Source of the DNA: Candidatus Poribacteria bacterium
GTDB taxonomy: Bacteria; Poribacteria; WGA-4E; WGA-3G
Length of the DNA: 64,000 nucleotides
Direction of reading: 5' to 3'
Assembly: GCA_965242965.1 (NCBI GenBank)
Contig: OZ251518.1
Coordinates: 3,648,001-3,712,000 of the forward strand
In this document: positions 40,272 through 50,809 of the stretch, piece by piece
Layout of the letters: each line of letters starts with the position of its first letter
How positions within the stretch are numbered: the stretch's first letter is position 1
Notes under the pieces: model-generated
The model's input: only the letters and a program-made list of their open reading frames with translations
Databases searched by the model: none
Told to the model about the DNA's origin: nothing
Made by a program: the position numbers and the translations under genes

Positions 40272-40300
40272 ATAATATCATAAATACGTAAAAATGTCAA
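40272..40300 (-). promoter_or_regulatory. Promoter of the giant adhesin gene
   Basis: TTGACA-17 nt-TATTAT. Confidence 0.65.
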
Positions 40301-40339
40301 ATTTTTTTCGTTTTGTTTAATTTTCGTTATCGTAGCATT

Positions 40340-40852
40340 GCGGGTGAATGGGCGGTTTTCGTCTCGACCGGCGCCTCGCGAGGGACAGGCCCTCGCGCTA
40401 CGGTGGAAGAAACGTTCCTGTTACCGTAGGGCGGGGGCCTGTCCCTCGCCATGCCGCGAACGACGATGCAGCAGATCTCTTATCCTGAAAATCTTGAAAA
40501 ATCTTGTAAATCCTGCTTCAGACACTTGAACGCTCGCGAGGGACAGGCCCTCGCGCTCCGGTGAATGGACGGTTTTCGTTGTTCCCTTCTGTAGTTTGCG
40601 ATCGCCTGATCGCAAACGGGTCAGGATCAGGCGATCCTGACCTACAGAGGAGGAACCCCTGCGCCTGTCCCCCGCCATGCCGCGCATGACGATGCAGCCG
40701 CTCTCTTATCCTGAAAATCTTGAAAAATCTTGGAAATCCTGCTTCAGATTTGAACGCTCGCGAGGGAAACCCGCTCGCCTGCGCGTATGGCATCCGAGGG
40801 CCCCCGCGCTACGGTATCCGGAACGGTTACGGGAAAAAACGTCACCCCTCAA
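40340..40852. repeat. REP cluster, near copy of 33420-34105
   Basis: Same module order and linkers in direct orientation. Confidence 0.85.
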
Positions 40853-40857
40853 TTACG

Positions 40858-42102
40858 CTAACTCCACAATCTATCATGCGAACGTTCCGAATCCCATTCA
40901 GTCGTCGGCGGAAAGTATTGCGGGGCATCCGGATGCAGATGCTCCCGAATCACCTCTTCGTTGAGCTCAATGCCTAACCCCGGCGTGTCAGGGACAGTGA
41001 TGTGGCCATCTTGGATGATAGGGTTCGGCAAACCTGTCACCATGTCATCCCACCACGGGTTATCAACAGAGTGGTTTTCCAAGACGAGGAAGTTTGAAGT
41101 CGCCGCGGCGCAATGGACGCTCGCCATCGCACAGACCGGGGTGCCTGCCATGTGGAGTGCCATCGCGATGCCGTGTTCCTCCGCCAAATCGCCGATTTTC
41201 TTCGTCTCTAAAATCCCACCCGATGTGGCAATATCCGGATGACAAACCGAAATCGCCCGTTTTTCAAACAGCGGCATGAAGTCCTCTTTGCAATAAATGT
41301 CCTCACCGGTGCAAATCGGTGTCGCACACGAGTTGGAAAGACGGACATACTGCTCCGTGTATTGCCACGGCACCATATCTTCCAGCCACGCGAGGTTATA
41401 TTTCTCCAACGCCCGCGCGAGGCGGATGCAGTCCTCAATGCCGATGTGTCCGAAGTGATCTACGGCGAGCGGCACCTCATAATCAATAATCGCTCTGACG
41501 AGCTCAACATACTCCGACAAAATCTGGATGCCTTTGTCGCTGATGCGGATACCGGTGAACGGATGCATCAGGTCATGCGTGTCTAAGCTGCCGCTCGGTG
41601 CGGCGAGCGCGCCGCGGATACCGCGAAGCAAGCCAATCCCGAGGTCCATCTTCAGGAAGGTGAACCCGCTGTCAATCCGTTCTTGGAGTTTCGCGCCCAT
41701 ATCCCCCGCGTCTTTGAGGGACGGCGTATCGCTATAACATCGGATTTTGTCGCGGAATTTCCCGCCGGCGAGTTGATAACACGGCACGCCGTATGCCTTC
41801 CCCGCCAAATCCATGAGTGCCATCTCGATACCGCACACGCCGCCGCCTTGCCGCCCGTGGTGCCCGAACTGCTTAATCTTTCGGAAGATTTTATCGACGT
41901 TGCACGGGTTTTCGCCCAGGATGCGGTTTTTGAGCATCAGTGCATACGTTGGGCTTGCGCCATCGCGGACCTCGCCGAGTCCGGAAATGTCTTGATTCGT
42001 CTCCAATTTCACGATGGGACCGCCTACCTGCGTCCTGACGAGACGCATGTCCGTGATTTTCAGTTCTGAAGGACGTGAGGCGGTGTTTACATTTTCTAAC
42101 AT
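40858..42102 (-). CDS. Mandelate racemase/muconate lactonizing enzyme family dehydratase
   Basis: GIEMALMDLAGKAYGVP, FLKMD, AVDHFG, WLED, CTGED, HPDIATSGGI; start chosen at MLENVN. Confidence 0.9.
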   Translation of the reverse strand: MLENVNTASRPSELKITDMRLVRTQVGGPIVKLETNQDISGLGEVRDGASPTYALMLKNRILGENPCNVDKIFRKIKQFGHHGRQGGGVCGIEMALMDLAGKAYGVPCYQLAGGKFRDKIRCYSDTPSLKDAGDMGAKLQERIDSGFTFLKMDLGIGLLRGIRGALAAPSGSLDTHDLMHPFTGIRISDKGIQILSEYVELVRAIIDYEVPLAVDHFGHIGIEDCIRLARALEKYNLAWLEDMVPWQYTEQYVRLSNSCATPICTGEDIYCKEDFMPLFEKRAISVCHPDIATSGGILETKKIGDLAEEHGIAMALHMAGTPVCAMASVHCAAATSNFLVLENHSVDNPWWDDMVTGLPNPIIQDGHITVPDTPGLGIELNEEVIREHLHPDAPQYFPPTTEWDSERSHDRLWS

Positions 42103-42134
42103 AAGACATAGTCTCCTGATAGTCTGTTGCTCTC

Positions 42135-42535
42135 CCCGTAGGAGAGCCCTCCTGGTCTCGATTTTGCCCGTAGCGCGGGGGGCCTCGGATGCCATACGCG
42201 CATCCGAGAGGGTTTCCCCCGCGATCGTTCGTTAGACCGGTGCATGGCGAGGGACAGGCCCTCGCCCTACGGTGCGGGGTGACGTTTTTCACCGTAACCG
42301 TTCCGGATACCGTAGCGCGGGGGCCTGTCCCCCGCGATCGTTCGGTAGACCGGTGCATGGCGAGCGGGTTCCCCTCGCCATCCTTCGCTCGCCAGGCCCT
42401 GTAGGTCAGGATCGCCTGATCCTGACCCGTTCGGGAGCGGGCGCTCCCGAACTACAGAGGTGGGCCCGATGGTTGTTGTATCGGGACAAGGATGTCCCTC
42501 CTACGGTAGGCGAGCCCTCCTGGTCTCGATGCAAT
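42135..42535. repeat. REP cluster
   Basis: GTAG-led hairpins of at least five families. Confidence 0.85.
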
Positions 42536-42563
42536 AGGACAAACCTCCCTATCTCAATCCCAT

Positions 42564-43295
42564 TTAGCAAAACGCAAGCGCGCCATCCAATATCCCCAAA
42601 TGGAGCGCGATGCGTTGTTTAAGGGACCAAATCGTCGGCGTTTCTGTGATGATAACATGTTCGCTGTGAAAATGCAACAAATAAGGCGCGAGTCCTTGCG
42701 TGCCCCATGCCGTAGCAACTTTATAGACACCTGCCGCAATTTCGGGTGCCTCTTCGCCCGGATCGTCCGCATCTATCGGCCCTATTGTTTTAACAGCGTC
42801 AGCAAGTTGGGCACCGATATACGCCGCGTCGCGTTTGCCTTCGTAGAGATAAAACCCGGTTGCGTCGTAATCTTCGTGGAAATCTATCGCCAAAGCAAAT
42901 TGAGTGTGTCCGAGGGCTTTCTTGACGATGGCGACTTCGGGGACATCTGTTGTCTCAAAAGCGCGGTTAATGTCAACCCCCTCTCGGTTCTCTCGCGTTC
43001 CGTGGACGTAACCGTAGGGATTAATGCATGGAATGACGACAAACGTGAAGCGTTTTAAGAGTTCGGTATTGTCGCGCTCTAAGAATTGCAACGTTGCTGC
43101 GATGCCTGCCGGTTCATCGCCGTGCACGCCACCGGTGATGAGGATAGGCATCGGTGCTACCGCTGACGATGCGAGACAGATTTTGTATATAGGGTAATCG
43201 TGGATGCGCCCGAGAAGTTCTGCAGGCACGTTCAATTTTTCCACGCGGGCAGTGATGTCGGTATAATCGCGCAATGTTTCGTGCTCCTGATTCAT
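42564..43295 (-). CDS. M14-family metallocarboxypeptidase / succinylglutamate desuccinylase-like
   Basis: GGVHGDEPAG, INPYG..RENREGVDINRAF, IDFHED, ITETP. Confidence 0.88.
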   Translation of the reverse strand: MNQEHETLRDYTDITARVEKLNVPAELLGRIHDYPIYKICLASSAVAPMPILITGGVHGDEPAGIAATLQFLERDNTELLKRFTFVVIPCINPYGYVHGTRENREGVDINRAFETTDVPEVAIVKKALGHTQFALAIDFHEDYDATGFYLYEGKRDAAYIGAQLADAVKTIGPIDADDPGEEAPEIAAGVYKVATAWGTQGLAPYLLHFHSEHVIITETPTIWSLKQRIALHLGILDGALAFC

Positions 43296-43335
43296 TTGGA
43301 ATCACTCTGGTTTTCTGATGCCAATCGCTTTTGGG

Positions 43336-44467
43336 TGAGGGTGTTTCATAAATCGTTTTCCCCAGTAGGAGAGACCTCCCGGTCTCGATTTTGCCCGTAG
43401 CGCGGGGGCCTGTCCCCCGCGATCGTTCGGTAGAGCGCAGCATGGCGAGGGGAACCCTCTCGCATGCGCGTGTGGCATGCGAGGGCCCTCGCGCTACGAT
43501 GAAAAAACGGTCACCTTCACCGTAGGGCGAGGGCCTGTCCCTCGCCATGCGTTTGGTTGGCAGACTGCATCCCCCCTGTAGGTCAGGATCGCCTGATCCT
43601 GACCTGTTTGTGATCAGGCGATCACAAACTACAGGGGGGGAACACACATCGGAACGATGGCACTCGCGGGGGCCTGTCCCCCGCACTACGGGAAAAAACG
43701 GCACTTCACCGTAGGGCTTGGGTTCTCGCATGCCAAACGCATGGCGAGCGGGTGTCCCTCGACATCGCTCGCGTGCCAGGCTCTGTAGTTCAGGATCGCC
43801 TGATCCTGAACTGTTTGTGATCAGGCGATCACAAACTACAGAGGGGGAACACACATCGGAACGATGGCACTCGCGGGGGACAGGCCCCGCACTACGATAA
43901 AAAACGTCTCTTAGGTCCTTTAGGACCTACATGTCTATAGCAGCCCGTGTCGTTACGTTTTCAAGGTCCTTTAGGTCCTTAATAAAACCCGCGCGGCCCT
44001 GGCAAAACCTATTAAGGACCTAAAGGACCTTAGAGTTCTTCACAACCTCACGTGCTATAGACATTCAGGTCCTACGGACCTAAGAATCGTTTTTTTCTCG
44101 TAGCGCGGGGGCCCTCGGATGCCATCCGCGCATCCGAGCGGGTTTCCCCCGCGATCTCCATCGTCAAGATGCTGTCTTAGGTCCTTTAGGTCCTACATGT
44201 CTATAGAAAAACGTGTCGTTACGTTTTCAAGGTCCTTTAGGTCCTTAATAAAACCCGCGCGGCCCTGGCAAAACCTATTAAGGACCTAAAGGACCTTAGA
44301 GTTCTTCACAACCTCACGTGCTATAGACATTCAGGTCCTACGGACCTGAAGAGAACAAGAGACGTTTTTTGCGTCGCGCGGACGATGGCGAGGGACAGGC
44401 CCTCGCCCTACGATGAAGAGGGGACCTTCTGCCGCCGGGAAGGCATTGATATATAAAACCCCCTCAA
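43336..44467. mobile_element. TIR-bounded REP cluster, 1.13 kb, with internal tandem duplications
   Basis: TGAGGGTGTTTCATAA ... TATAAAACCCCCTCAA; duplicated AGGTCCTTTAGGTCCT/CTATAGAC blocks (about 43905-44085 and 44175-44350). Confidence 0.7.
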
Positions 44468-44468
44468 G

Positions 44469-45419
44469 TTAGTCATGAAGTTTCATCTTCCCCCACACCG
44501 TCGTTAACAACCACGGCTGCGGCGCGACAGACAAATTGCTCGGATCGAACCAATCAGGAGTAATGTTCCGACCACGGCGCGTCAGGCGTTTCTTCCTTTC
44601 AGTCCGAAGATCGACTGTGACAATCTGCCAGTCCCCATCATTTGCCTCCTCGACATAGACGAGTTTATCGCCTTGTGGAGACCAGGCGGGAGAGTGTGTC
44701 CCCAGTGCCGCTTTCCCAATCTGCTCCAAACGCCGCCCATCACGATTCACAACGTGAATCGCATGCTTCCCACCAATGCCCCATTTATACCAAGAAAAAG
44801 CAAGTTTGTCACCCTCTGGAGACCAGGCGGGAGTATACATCCACGACGTTTTGTTCGGCAGGAACGTTCGGATTTCACCCGTGTGAAGATTGACAATACG
44901 GATGCGGCGTGAACCACCGACATCATCGACATACGCAATCTCATTTCCATCGGGAGACCAGGTGGGATTCCCGCCGCGCCGGTCTGCCACGGCCACCTGC
45001 TTTGAGTTTGCGCCGTGAACGGAGGCAATTCGGATGCTCCACCTCGGCGTTTCGGCGTGGTAGGCGATCATCTGTCCATCGGGGGACCAGGTCGGTTCTA
45101 ACCGATGCGCCCGCTGCCGGAAGACCGGACGCACGCCGCTGCCATCGGCATCCATCAGATAGAGGTCGCGGATACCACTCCGTTCCGAGGCAAACAAGAT
45201 CTGCTCGCCTGTTGGAGACCAGGTGGGACTGAAATTGCCGGCATTGTCCCGTGTTAGATTCTCCTGCTTGCTTCCATCGGGATTCATCAGATAGATATCC
45301 CATGCGCCACTGCGATCTGATGCGAACGCGATTTTGGGGGTTCTCGGCACTCTGGCGAAACCGAGATGAACAATTGCGAGCATCAGAGCCAAACTGAGCG
45401 CGGAATGTATCCATTTCAT
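44469..45419 (-). CDS. Secreted TolB-like (PD40 repeat) beta-propeller protein
   Basis: Signal peptide, KIAFASDR, five PxWSPxG repeats, tail LSVAPQPWLLTTVWGKMK. Confidence 0.88.
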   Translation of the reverse strand: MKWIHSALSLALMLAIVHLGFARVPRTPKIAFASDRSGAWDIYLMNPDGSKQENLTRDNAGNFSPTWSPTGEQILFASERSGIRDLYLMDADGSGVRPVFRQRAHRLEPTWSPDGQMIAYHAETPRWSIRIASVHGANSKQVAVADRRGGNPTWSPDGNEIAYVDDVGGSRRIRIVNLHTGEIRTFLPNKTSWMYTPAWSPEGDKLAFSWYKWGIGGKHAIHVVNRDGRRLEQIGKAALGTHSPAWSPQGDKLVYVEEANDGDWQIVTVDLRTERKKRLTRRGRNITPDWFDPSNLSVAPQPWLLTTVWGKMKLHD

Positions 45420-45594
45420 TGTCAATTTTCCTCTCTCGCAGTAGGCGAGACCTCCCGGTCTTGATTTGGACAGCCCCACCTTACGGGCCACGGCGGTTTT
45501 CCCGGTAGGAGAGACCTCCCGGTCTCGATTTTCTCCCTCCGGACATGCCCCACCTTACGGGCCAAGGCAGAAGTTCTCGCATCGGCATTCAGGA

Positions 45595-46425
45595 TTATTC
45601 CACCCGTTTCAATGTGCATCGGAGGCCGCCGACGCGCATCCAACCTTTCGGCGTTAATTCCATGTCGCCATAGACGATGAGATAGAGCCGGTCTTCCGTT
45701 ACGGCGATGCCCATGGTTGAGGCGATGGCGAACGATGGGGCTTTGGCGAGAGCGCGTCGGCTGCCTTGTGCGCCCATGCTGCGCCTCTGAGCGAACACGG
45801 CGCGTCGGCTCCTTGCAAGCGCGTTCCGTGCCGGTTCATAACCAAATAAAAACTCCAACATTTCCAACCCCGTGCGCCGATTGAACCGAATAAACGGATA
45901 CGATTCATCGCCAACGCGCATCGTGATGACGTTACACTGCCCGGTAATATCGTTGCTGCCGTTGTTGCCGCGGTAGTAGTAAGACGAGTGCTGCTCAAAA
46001 AATTCCACCGTTAGATGTTTGCGAGTCGATGCAACCATCGCCGCCTTCGCCGCCGCTATCTGCTGACTGGCTGGGTTATCCGTGACTTTAACCGGCGGCA
46101 ATCGGAACGCGTCGTCTTCTGAGTCCGACACCTGCTCATTGGGGGTGACTTGCCCATCGGCATTCGTCGGTGCTTCGCTTTCCTGCGGTGCATCCGCTTT
46201 CTGCTTCTCGATGCTACCCCCTTCAACCTCAAGGCTCACATACTGCCATTTTCCGAGCAACAAGGCTTTTATCGCGTTTTTGACTTTATCGGGATGGTGT
46301 TCTTCGCGGACATCTCCGACTTCCGTGAGAAGTTTTTCGCGTTCTTGCCGGAGTTCTTGCGTCTGCATGGTGGCACAACTGGTGAACAGCAGCACCAGCA
46401 TGCCAAAGATTGCTAAGGTTTTCAT
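45595..46425 (-). CDS. Hypothetical lipoprotein
   Basis: Lipobox LFTSC; paralogous to the upstream gene. Confidence 0.7.
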   Translation of the reverse strand: MKTLAIFGMLVLLFTSCATMQTQELRQEREKLLTEVGDVREEHHPDKVKNAIKALLLGKWQYVSLEVEGGSIEKQKADAPQESEAPTNADGQVTPNEQVSDSEDDAFRLPPVKVTDNPASQQIAAAKAAMVASTRKHLTVEFFEQHSSYYYRGNNGSNDITGQCNVITMRVGDESYPFIRFNRRTGLEMLEFLFGYEPARNALARSRRAVFAQRRSMGAQGSRRALAKAPSFAIASTMGIAVTEDRLYLIVYGDMELTPKGWMRVGGLRCTLKRVE

Positions 46426-47063
46426 TTTTTCTTCTCCTCAACGCGTTCAAAGGAACACAAGAGTCCGCCGCTCTGCACCCAGCCGTCGGGACTCAGTTGC
46501 ATCTTCCCATACATCGTTAAATAGAGTCTGTCGTCCGTGACAGAGATACCGATTTCGGCAGCCTTCGCCTCAGCGAACCCGGTTGCCCCTTTGAGTCCGA
46601 GCGGTTTTCCATCAGGACCGGCTGCGAAGAGCAGCTGCGGCATCAGCGGTCCGGAGCGTCTGATGAACCGAATGAACGGGAACGGTTCATCGCCGAATCG
46701 GACGGTGGTGATATTGAACTGTCCCGCGAAATCTGTCTCGCCTCTTTTGCCGCGGTAGGAATGAGATGCGTTCTGCTCAAAAAATTCAAGCGTGAGATTC
46801 TTCAGATCGAGTGCGTAGAGAGCGGCTTTGGCGGCGGCGATATCTTCAGAAGCATCGGCCTCCTCGACCTCGAGGTTGAGGAACTTCCATGTTCCGAGCA
46901 GTTTATCAGTGATTTCGGTTTCAAGTGTTCCGCTATCGTGTTCGCGGCGGAGGTTTTCATAGTTTTCGATGAGTGCATCGCGTTCGTGTTGCATCTCTTG
47001 ATATTGCGTATTGGCGCAGCCCGCGACTAGGATAAGGATGCTGAGGGAGATGACGGTTTTCAT
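46422..47063 (-). CDS. Hypothetical lipoprotein
   Basis: Lipobox LVAGC; AAGGAGG RBS; ATGA overlap with the next gene. Confidence 0.72.
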   Translation of the reverse strand: MKTVISLSILILVAGCANTQYQEMQHERDALIENYENLRREHDSGTLETEITDKLLGTWKFLNLEVEEADASEDIAAAKAALYALDLKNLTLEFFEQNASHSYRGKRGETDFAGQFNITTVRFGDEPFPFIRFIRRSGPLMPQLLFAAGPDGKPLGLKGATGFAEAKAAEIGISVTDDRLYLTMYGKMQLSPDGWVQSGGLLCSFERVEEKKK

Positions 47064-47139
47064 TGGTTTTCCTCCTTTTTTATCTTGCTGTGTAGTTTAT
47101 ATGATTTTAGTTTTCGGGTCAAGAGAAAAATTGGGGAAC

Positions 47140-47945
47140 GCCGTCCCTTCATCGTAGGGCGAGGGCCCTCGCATGCCACACGCGCATGGCGAGCGGGTTT
47201 CCCGCGCCATGCAGCGATCGCGGGGGACAGGCCCCCGCGCTACGGAAAAAAACGCCGCCCCTTCATCGTATGGCGAGGGCCTGTCCCTCGCCATGCGGCG
47301 CTCGCGGGGGACAGGCCCCCGCGCTACGGTTAAAAACGGTCCCCTTCACCGTAGGGCGAGGGCCTGTCCCTCGCCATGCGTTTGGCTCGCAGATCGCATC
47401 CCTCCTGTAGTTCAGGAGCACCTGCTCCCGAACTACAGAGGTGGGCCCGATGCCTTCCAGTAGGAGAGACATTGATATATGAAACACCCTCATTTAAATG
47501 AGGGTGTTTCATAACTCGTTGTTATCAAAATGATTTCGTGATACTCCGAGCGATTCCGTTTTCCCGGTAGGAGAGCCCTCCTGGTCTCAATGCCAGCGAT
47601 GCCCCCGGTAGGAGAGCCCTCCTGGTCTCGATGCATGCCGCCCGGTCTTGATGTGGCTCGTATCGGGAAGACATTGAGATGCCCGCTGTCGTTTGCAATC
47701 GCCTGAGCACAAAGCGTTCAGGCACAGGTGCGCCTGCACGCTAGGAGAGGCGCATTGCTCTCGTTTGCGAGTATCGAGACCGGGAGGTCTCTCCTACCGG
47801 GATGTATCGAGACCAGGAGGGCTCTCCTACCAATGTGCGGGTAGGAGGGACATCCTTGTCCCGATACCGAACTGGAAGGAGTTGAGACTAGGAGGTCTCT
47901 CCTACGGGTGCTTGCATCGAGACCAGGAGGGCTCTCCTACAGGAA
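47140..47945. repeat. Two REP clusters joined at a perfect 36-bp palindrome made of two terminal repeats
   Basis: TATGAAACACCCTCATTTAAATGAGGGTGTTTCATA at 47478-47513. Confidence 0.85.
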
Positions 47946-47953
47946 ACCGCCGT

Positions 47954-48535
47954 TTACCGCGCCTCAAATGCCGCGATATTCGCCTCAAATTGGAGCGTCC
48001 AGCCGATTTCGTCAAGGCCGTTGAGCAAGCAATGCTTCTCAAAATCGCCTATCTCAAACGGATACGCAGTGCCATCGGGACAGAGAACCGATTGCGCTTC
48101 CAAGTCTACCATCAAACGGTAACCCTCCGTAGTTTGCGCAGCGTCACTCAAATCGGCGATAACATCAGCGGGGAGGGTTATCGGCAGGATACCGTTCTTA
48201 TAGCAGTTGTTGCGGAAGATGTCGGCGAACGAAGGCGCGAGAATCGCCTTGAAGCCATACTGCTGCAATGCCCACGGCGCATGCTCACGGGAGCTGCCGC
48301 AGCCGAAGTTCACACCGGCGATGAGGATGCTCGCACCTTGGTAACGCCGTTCATTCAGCACGAACGCCGGGTTCGGTTCGCCGTTTTCGAGATACCGCCA
48401 GTCGTAGAAGAGGAATTCGCCGAAGCCGGTCCGCTCGATGCGTTTCAGGAATTGCTTCGGAATAATCTGGTCGGTGTCAACGTTAATTCTGTCAAGAGGG
48501 ACGACAAGTCCCACGTGTTCTTTGAATGCTTCCAT
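47954..48535 (-). CDS. leuD: 3-isopropylmalate dehydratase small subunit
   Basis: [35 protein letters not shown]. Confidence 0.97.
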   Translation of the reverse strand: MEAFKEHVGLVVPLDRINVDTDQIIPKQFLKRIERTGFGEFLFYDWRYLENGEPNPAFVLNERRYQGASILIAGVNFGCGSSREHAPWALQQYGFKAILAPSFADIFRNNCYKNGILPITLPADVIADLSDAAQTTEGYRLMVDLEAQSVLCPDGTAYPFEIGDFEKHCLLNGLDEIGWTLQFEANIAAFEAR

Positions 48536-48621
48536 TTTTCGTCTCCACTAGGTAAGCAGAACTGTGACACAGGTCCATGTCCTGCACAAGGGTTACGTTT
48601 CTGTAACGACGCGTTTGAATA

Positions 48622-48891
48622 TCAGAGTTGCCCAAGCAACTTATCATACTCGCGATGCGGCCCGATCCAAAACCAAAAAAAGTCGTTTCCATTAAATTCG
48701 CCGACAGCTCTATAGTTCTCACTGATTCGCACCGAATAAATCGGTTTTGTATCGTGAACCTTCTTGAATTGCAAGCCGGGATGATTCGGATTTTCCGCGA
48801 AAAGCCGGTAGGCACTCCGTGCTTGCCTCCGAACGTTGGCCGGTAACGTTGCAAGCATTTGGCGGAATACTCTTGTCGTTCTTGAATTCAC
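48622..48891 (-). CDS. RelE/ParE-like toxin
   Basis: FAENPNHPGLQFKKV..YSVRI..YRAVG..WFWIGPHREYDKL. Confidence 0.8.
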   Translation of the reverse strand: MNSRTTRVFRQMLATLPANVRRQARSAYRLFAENPNHPGLQFKKVHDTKPIYSVRISENYRAVGEFNGNDFFWFWIGPHREYDKLLGQL

Positions 48892-49106
48892 AGGTTTTCT
48901 ACATCCAAGACTTGCGTTTCGCCGCGTCGATGTTCCTCAAGAGCCTCCGCGCCCAGTGCCTCTAGCATATCTTGGGAATCGGCGAACAGCTGCGCCCACC
49001 GTTTTTCGGATTCCAATTCCAAGAGCATCCACTCGCCGAAGGCATCTTGTTCCTTCGGTGAGAGTTTGGCTGCCTCGGCGAAGGCGCGTCTGAGTTGTTC
49101 TGTCAT
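48888..49106 (-). CDS. Antitoxin (72 aa, acidic)
   Basis: LSPKEQDAF..EKRWAQLFA..EALEEHRRGET; GTGA overlap with the toxin. Confidence 0.75.
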   Translation of the reverse strand: MTEQLRRAFAEAAKLSPKEQDAFGEWMLLELESEKRWAQLFADSQDMLEALGAEALEEHRRGETQVLDVENL

Positions 49107-49131
49107 CGTGATTTTGTCCTCGTAGTTATGG

Positions 49132-49392
49132 GAGGGTGTTTCATAATTCGCTCGCCGTGCGTTTTGCTGTCAGACCTCATAACCCCTGTAGGTCAGGAGT
49201 GCCTGCTCCTGACCCGTTCGGGAGCGGGTGCTCCCGAACTACAGAGGTGGGCCCGATGCCTTCCTTGTAGGAGGGACATCCCTGTCCCGATACGCACCAC
49301 ATCGAGACCAGGAGGGCTCGCCTACTGGAGTATGCATCGAGACCAGGAGGGCTCGCCTACAGGGTGCATCGAGACCGGGAGGGCTCGCCTAC
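49132..49392. repeat. REP cluster starting with the terminal repeat
   Basis: GAGGGTGTTTCATAA at 49132; three GAGACC(A/G)GGAGGGCTCGCCTAC copies. Confidence 0.8.
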
Positions 49393-50792
49393 TGGAACGT
49401 TCGGATGTCAACGAAATGGCCGGCGATAGCTGTCGCCGCCGCCATCTGTGGACTGACAAGATGCGTGCGGCCACCCTTGCCTTGCCGCCCCTCAAAATTT
49501 CGATTGGAGGTGCTGGCACAACGCTGTCCAGGGCTGAGAATATCCGGATTCATGCCGAGACACATACTACACCCCGCCTCGCGCCAGTCAAAACCTGCCG
49601 CGCGGAAAATGTCGTCAAGGCCCTCCGCCTCCGCTTGCCGTTTGACTGCCTGCGAACCCGGGACTACCATCGCACTGACGGTATCGGCGACTTTTCTGCC
49701 TTTCACCACTTCAGCGGCGACGCGCAAATCGCTGATGCGAGAATTCGTGCAACTGCCGATGAACACTCTGTCCACTGGAATATCAGTGATGGGGGTTCCG
49801 GGGGTGAGTGCCATGTATTCCAGCGCGTGCTCCGTGGCGCGCTTCTCATCGGAAGAAGACATGTCACCCGGGGCTGGCACTCTGCCTGTCACATCCGTTA
49901 CCATGCCGGGGTTTGTGCCCCACGTCACCTGCGGAGCGATGGCGGCTGCGTCAAGTTGCAGCGTCCTGTCGTAAGTTGCCCCCTCGTCTGTGGGGAGCTG
50001 CTTCCACTCTTCCACGGCGGCATCAAAGTCGGCACCTTTCGGTGCGAAGCGTCTGCCGGCGAGATATGCGTAGGTGCTGTCATCGGGTGCTATCATCCCG
50101 GCGCGCGCGCCTGCCTCGATGGACATGTTGCAAATCGTCATCCGTTCCTCGATGCTGAGCGCGCGGATAGCGGCACCGGTATACTCAACAACCGCGCCGT
50201 TGCCGCCATCAATTCCGATGTGCCCGATAATGGAGAGGATGATGTCTTTCGCTGTCACGCCGAAGGGAAGTGTGCCATCGATACGAATTTCAAACGTCTC
50301 CGATTTCTGTTGCAGCAGGCACTGCGTTGCAAGCACATGCTCGATTTCGCTAGTCCCGATGCCGAAGGCGAGCGCGCCGAGTGCACCGTGCGTTGAGGTG
50401 TGGCTATCGCCGCACACAATCGTTTTGCCGGGTTGCGTGATGCCGAGCTCGGGGCCGATGACATGCACGATCCCCTGGTCAGGACTGTTGATGTCGTAGA
50501 GCGCGATGTCAAACTCGGCGCAATTTTGCGCGAGGGTTTCGATCTGTCTCGCCGCAATCTGATCTGCGATGGGTAATGTCCTGTCTGTCGTGGGGACATT
50601 GTGGTCCATCGTGGCGAAGGTGCGTTCTGGACGGCGCACCTTTCGGTTGGCGAGCCGCAATCCCTCGAATGCCTGTGGCGATGTGACTTCGTGGACGAGA
50701 TGCGTGTCAATATAGAGTATCGGCACTTCGCCGGCATTGGCACGCACGAGATGCGCGTCCCATATTTTTTCATACATTGTTTTTAGTTGCAT
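49389..50792 (-). CDS. leuC: 3-isopropylmalate dehydratase large subunit
   Basis: [44 protein letters not shown]. Confidence 0.97.
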   Translation of the reverse strand: MQLKTMYEKIWDAHLVRANAGEVPILYIDTHLVHEVTSPQAFEGLRLANRKVRRPERTFATMDHNVPTTDRTLPIADQIAARQIETLAQNCAEFDIALYDINSPDQGIVHVIGPELGITQPGKTIVCGDSHTSTHGALGALAFGIGTSEIEHVLATQCLLQQKSETFEIRIDGTLPFGVTAKDIILSIIGHIGIDGGNGAVVEYTGAAIRALSIEERMTICNMSIEAGARAGMIAPDDSTYAYLAGRRFAPKGADFDAAVEEWKQLPTDEGATYDRTLQLDAAAIAPQVTWGTNPGMVTDVTGRVPAPGDMSSSDEKRATEHALEYMALTPGTPITDIPVDRVFIGSCTNSRISDLRVAAEVVKGRKVADTVSAMVVPGSQAVKRQAEAEGLDDIFRAAGFDWREAGCSMCLGMNPDILSPGQRCASTSNRNFEGRQGKGGRTHLVSPQMAAATAIAGHFVDIRTFQ

Positions 50793-50809
50793 ACGTTTTT
50801 CCTAGCATT

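Noticed and set aside
42095-42120. Possible frameshift at the enolase-family gene start (ATG 42109 out of frame)
   Set aside because: In-frame ATG 42102 has acceptable spacing from GGAG and there is no slippery tract
43114-43854. ORFs of 60-250 aa inside repeat clusters (also 238-663, 60409-60813, 61798-62283 and others)
   Set aside because: They translate REP modules (RGTGPR, ARDRPSPY, VARGPVPR); GC-rich palindromes lack stops; no RBS or family motifs
47770-47945. Regularly spaced short repeats (also 9055-9185 and 49300-49392) resembling a CRISPR array
   Set aside because: Spacers are only a few nt or are themselves repeats, the units are dispersed REP families in both orientations, and no cas genes are present
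49095-50396. Long plus-strand ORFs (49095-50396, 47693-48715, 53085-54113, 35248-36201, 36835-37791)
   Set aside because: Antisense shadows of leuC, leuD, leuS and the adhesin, with no recognisable motifs
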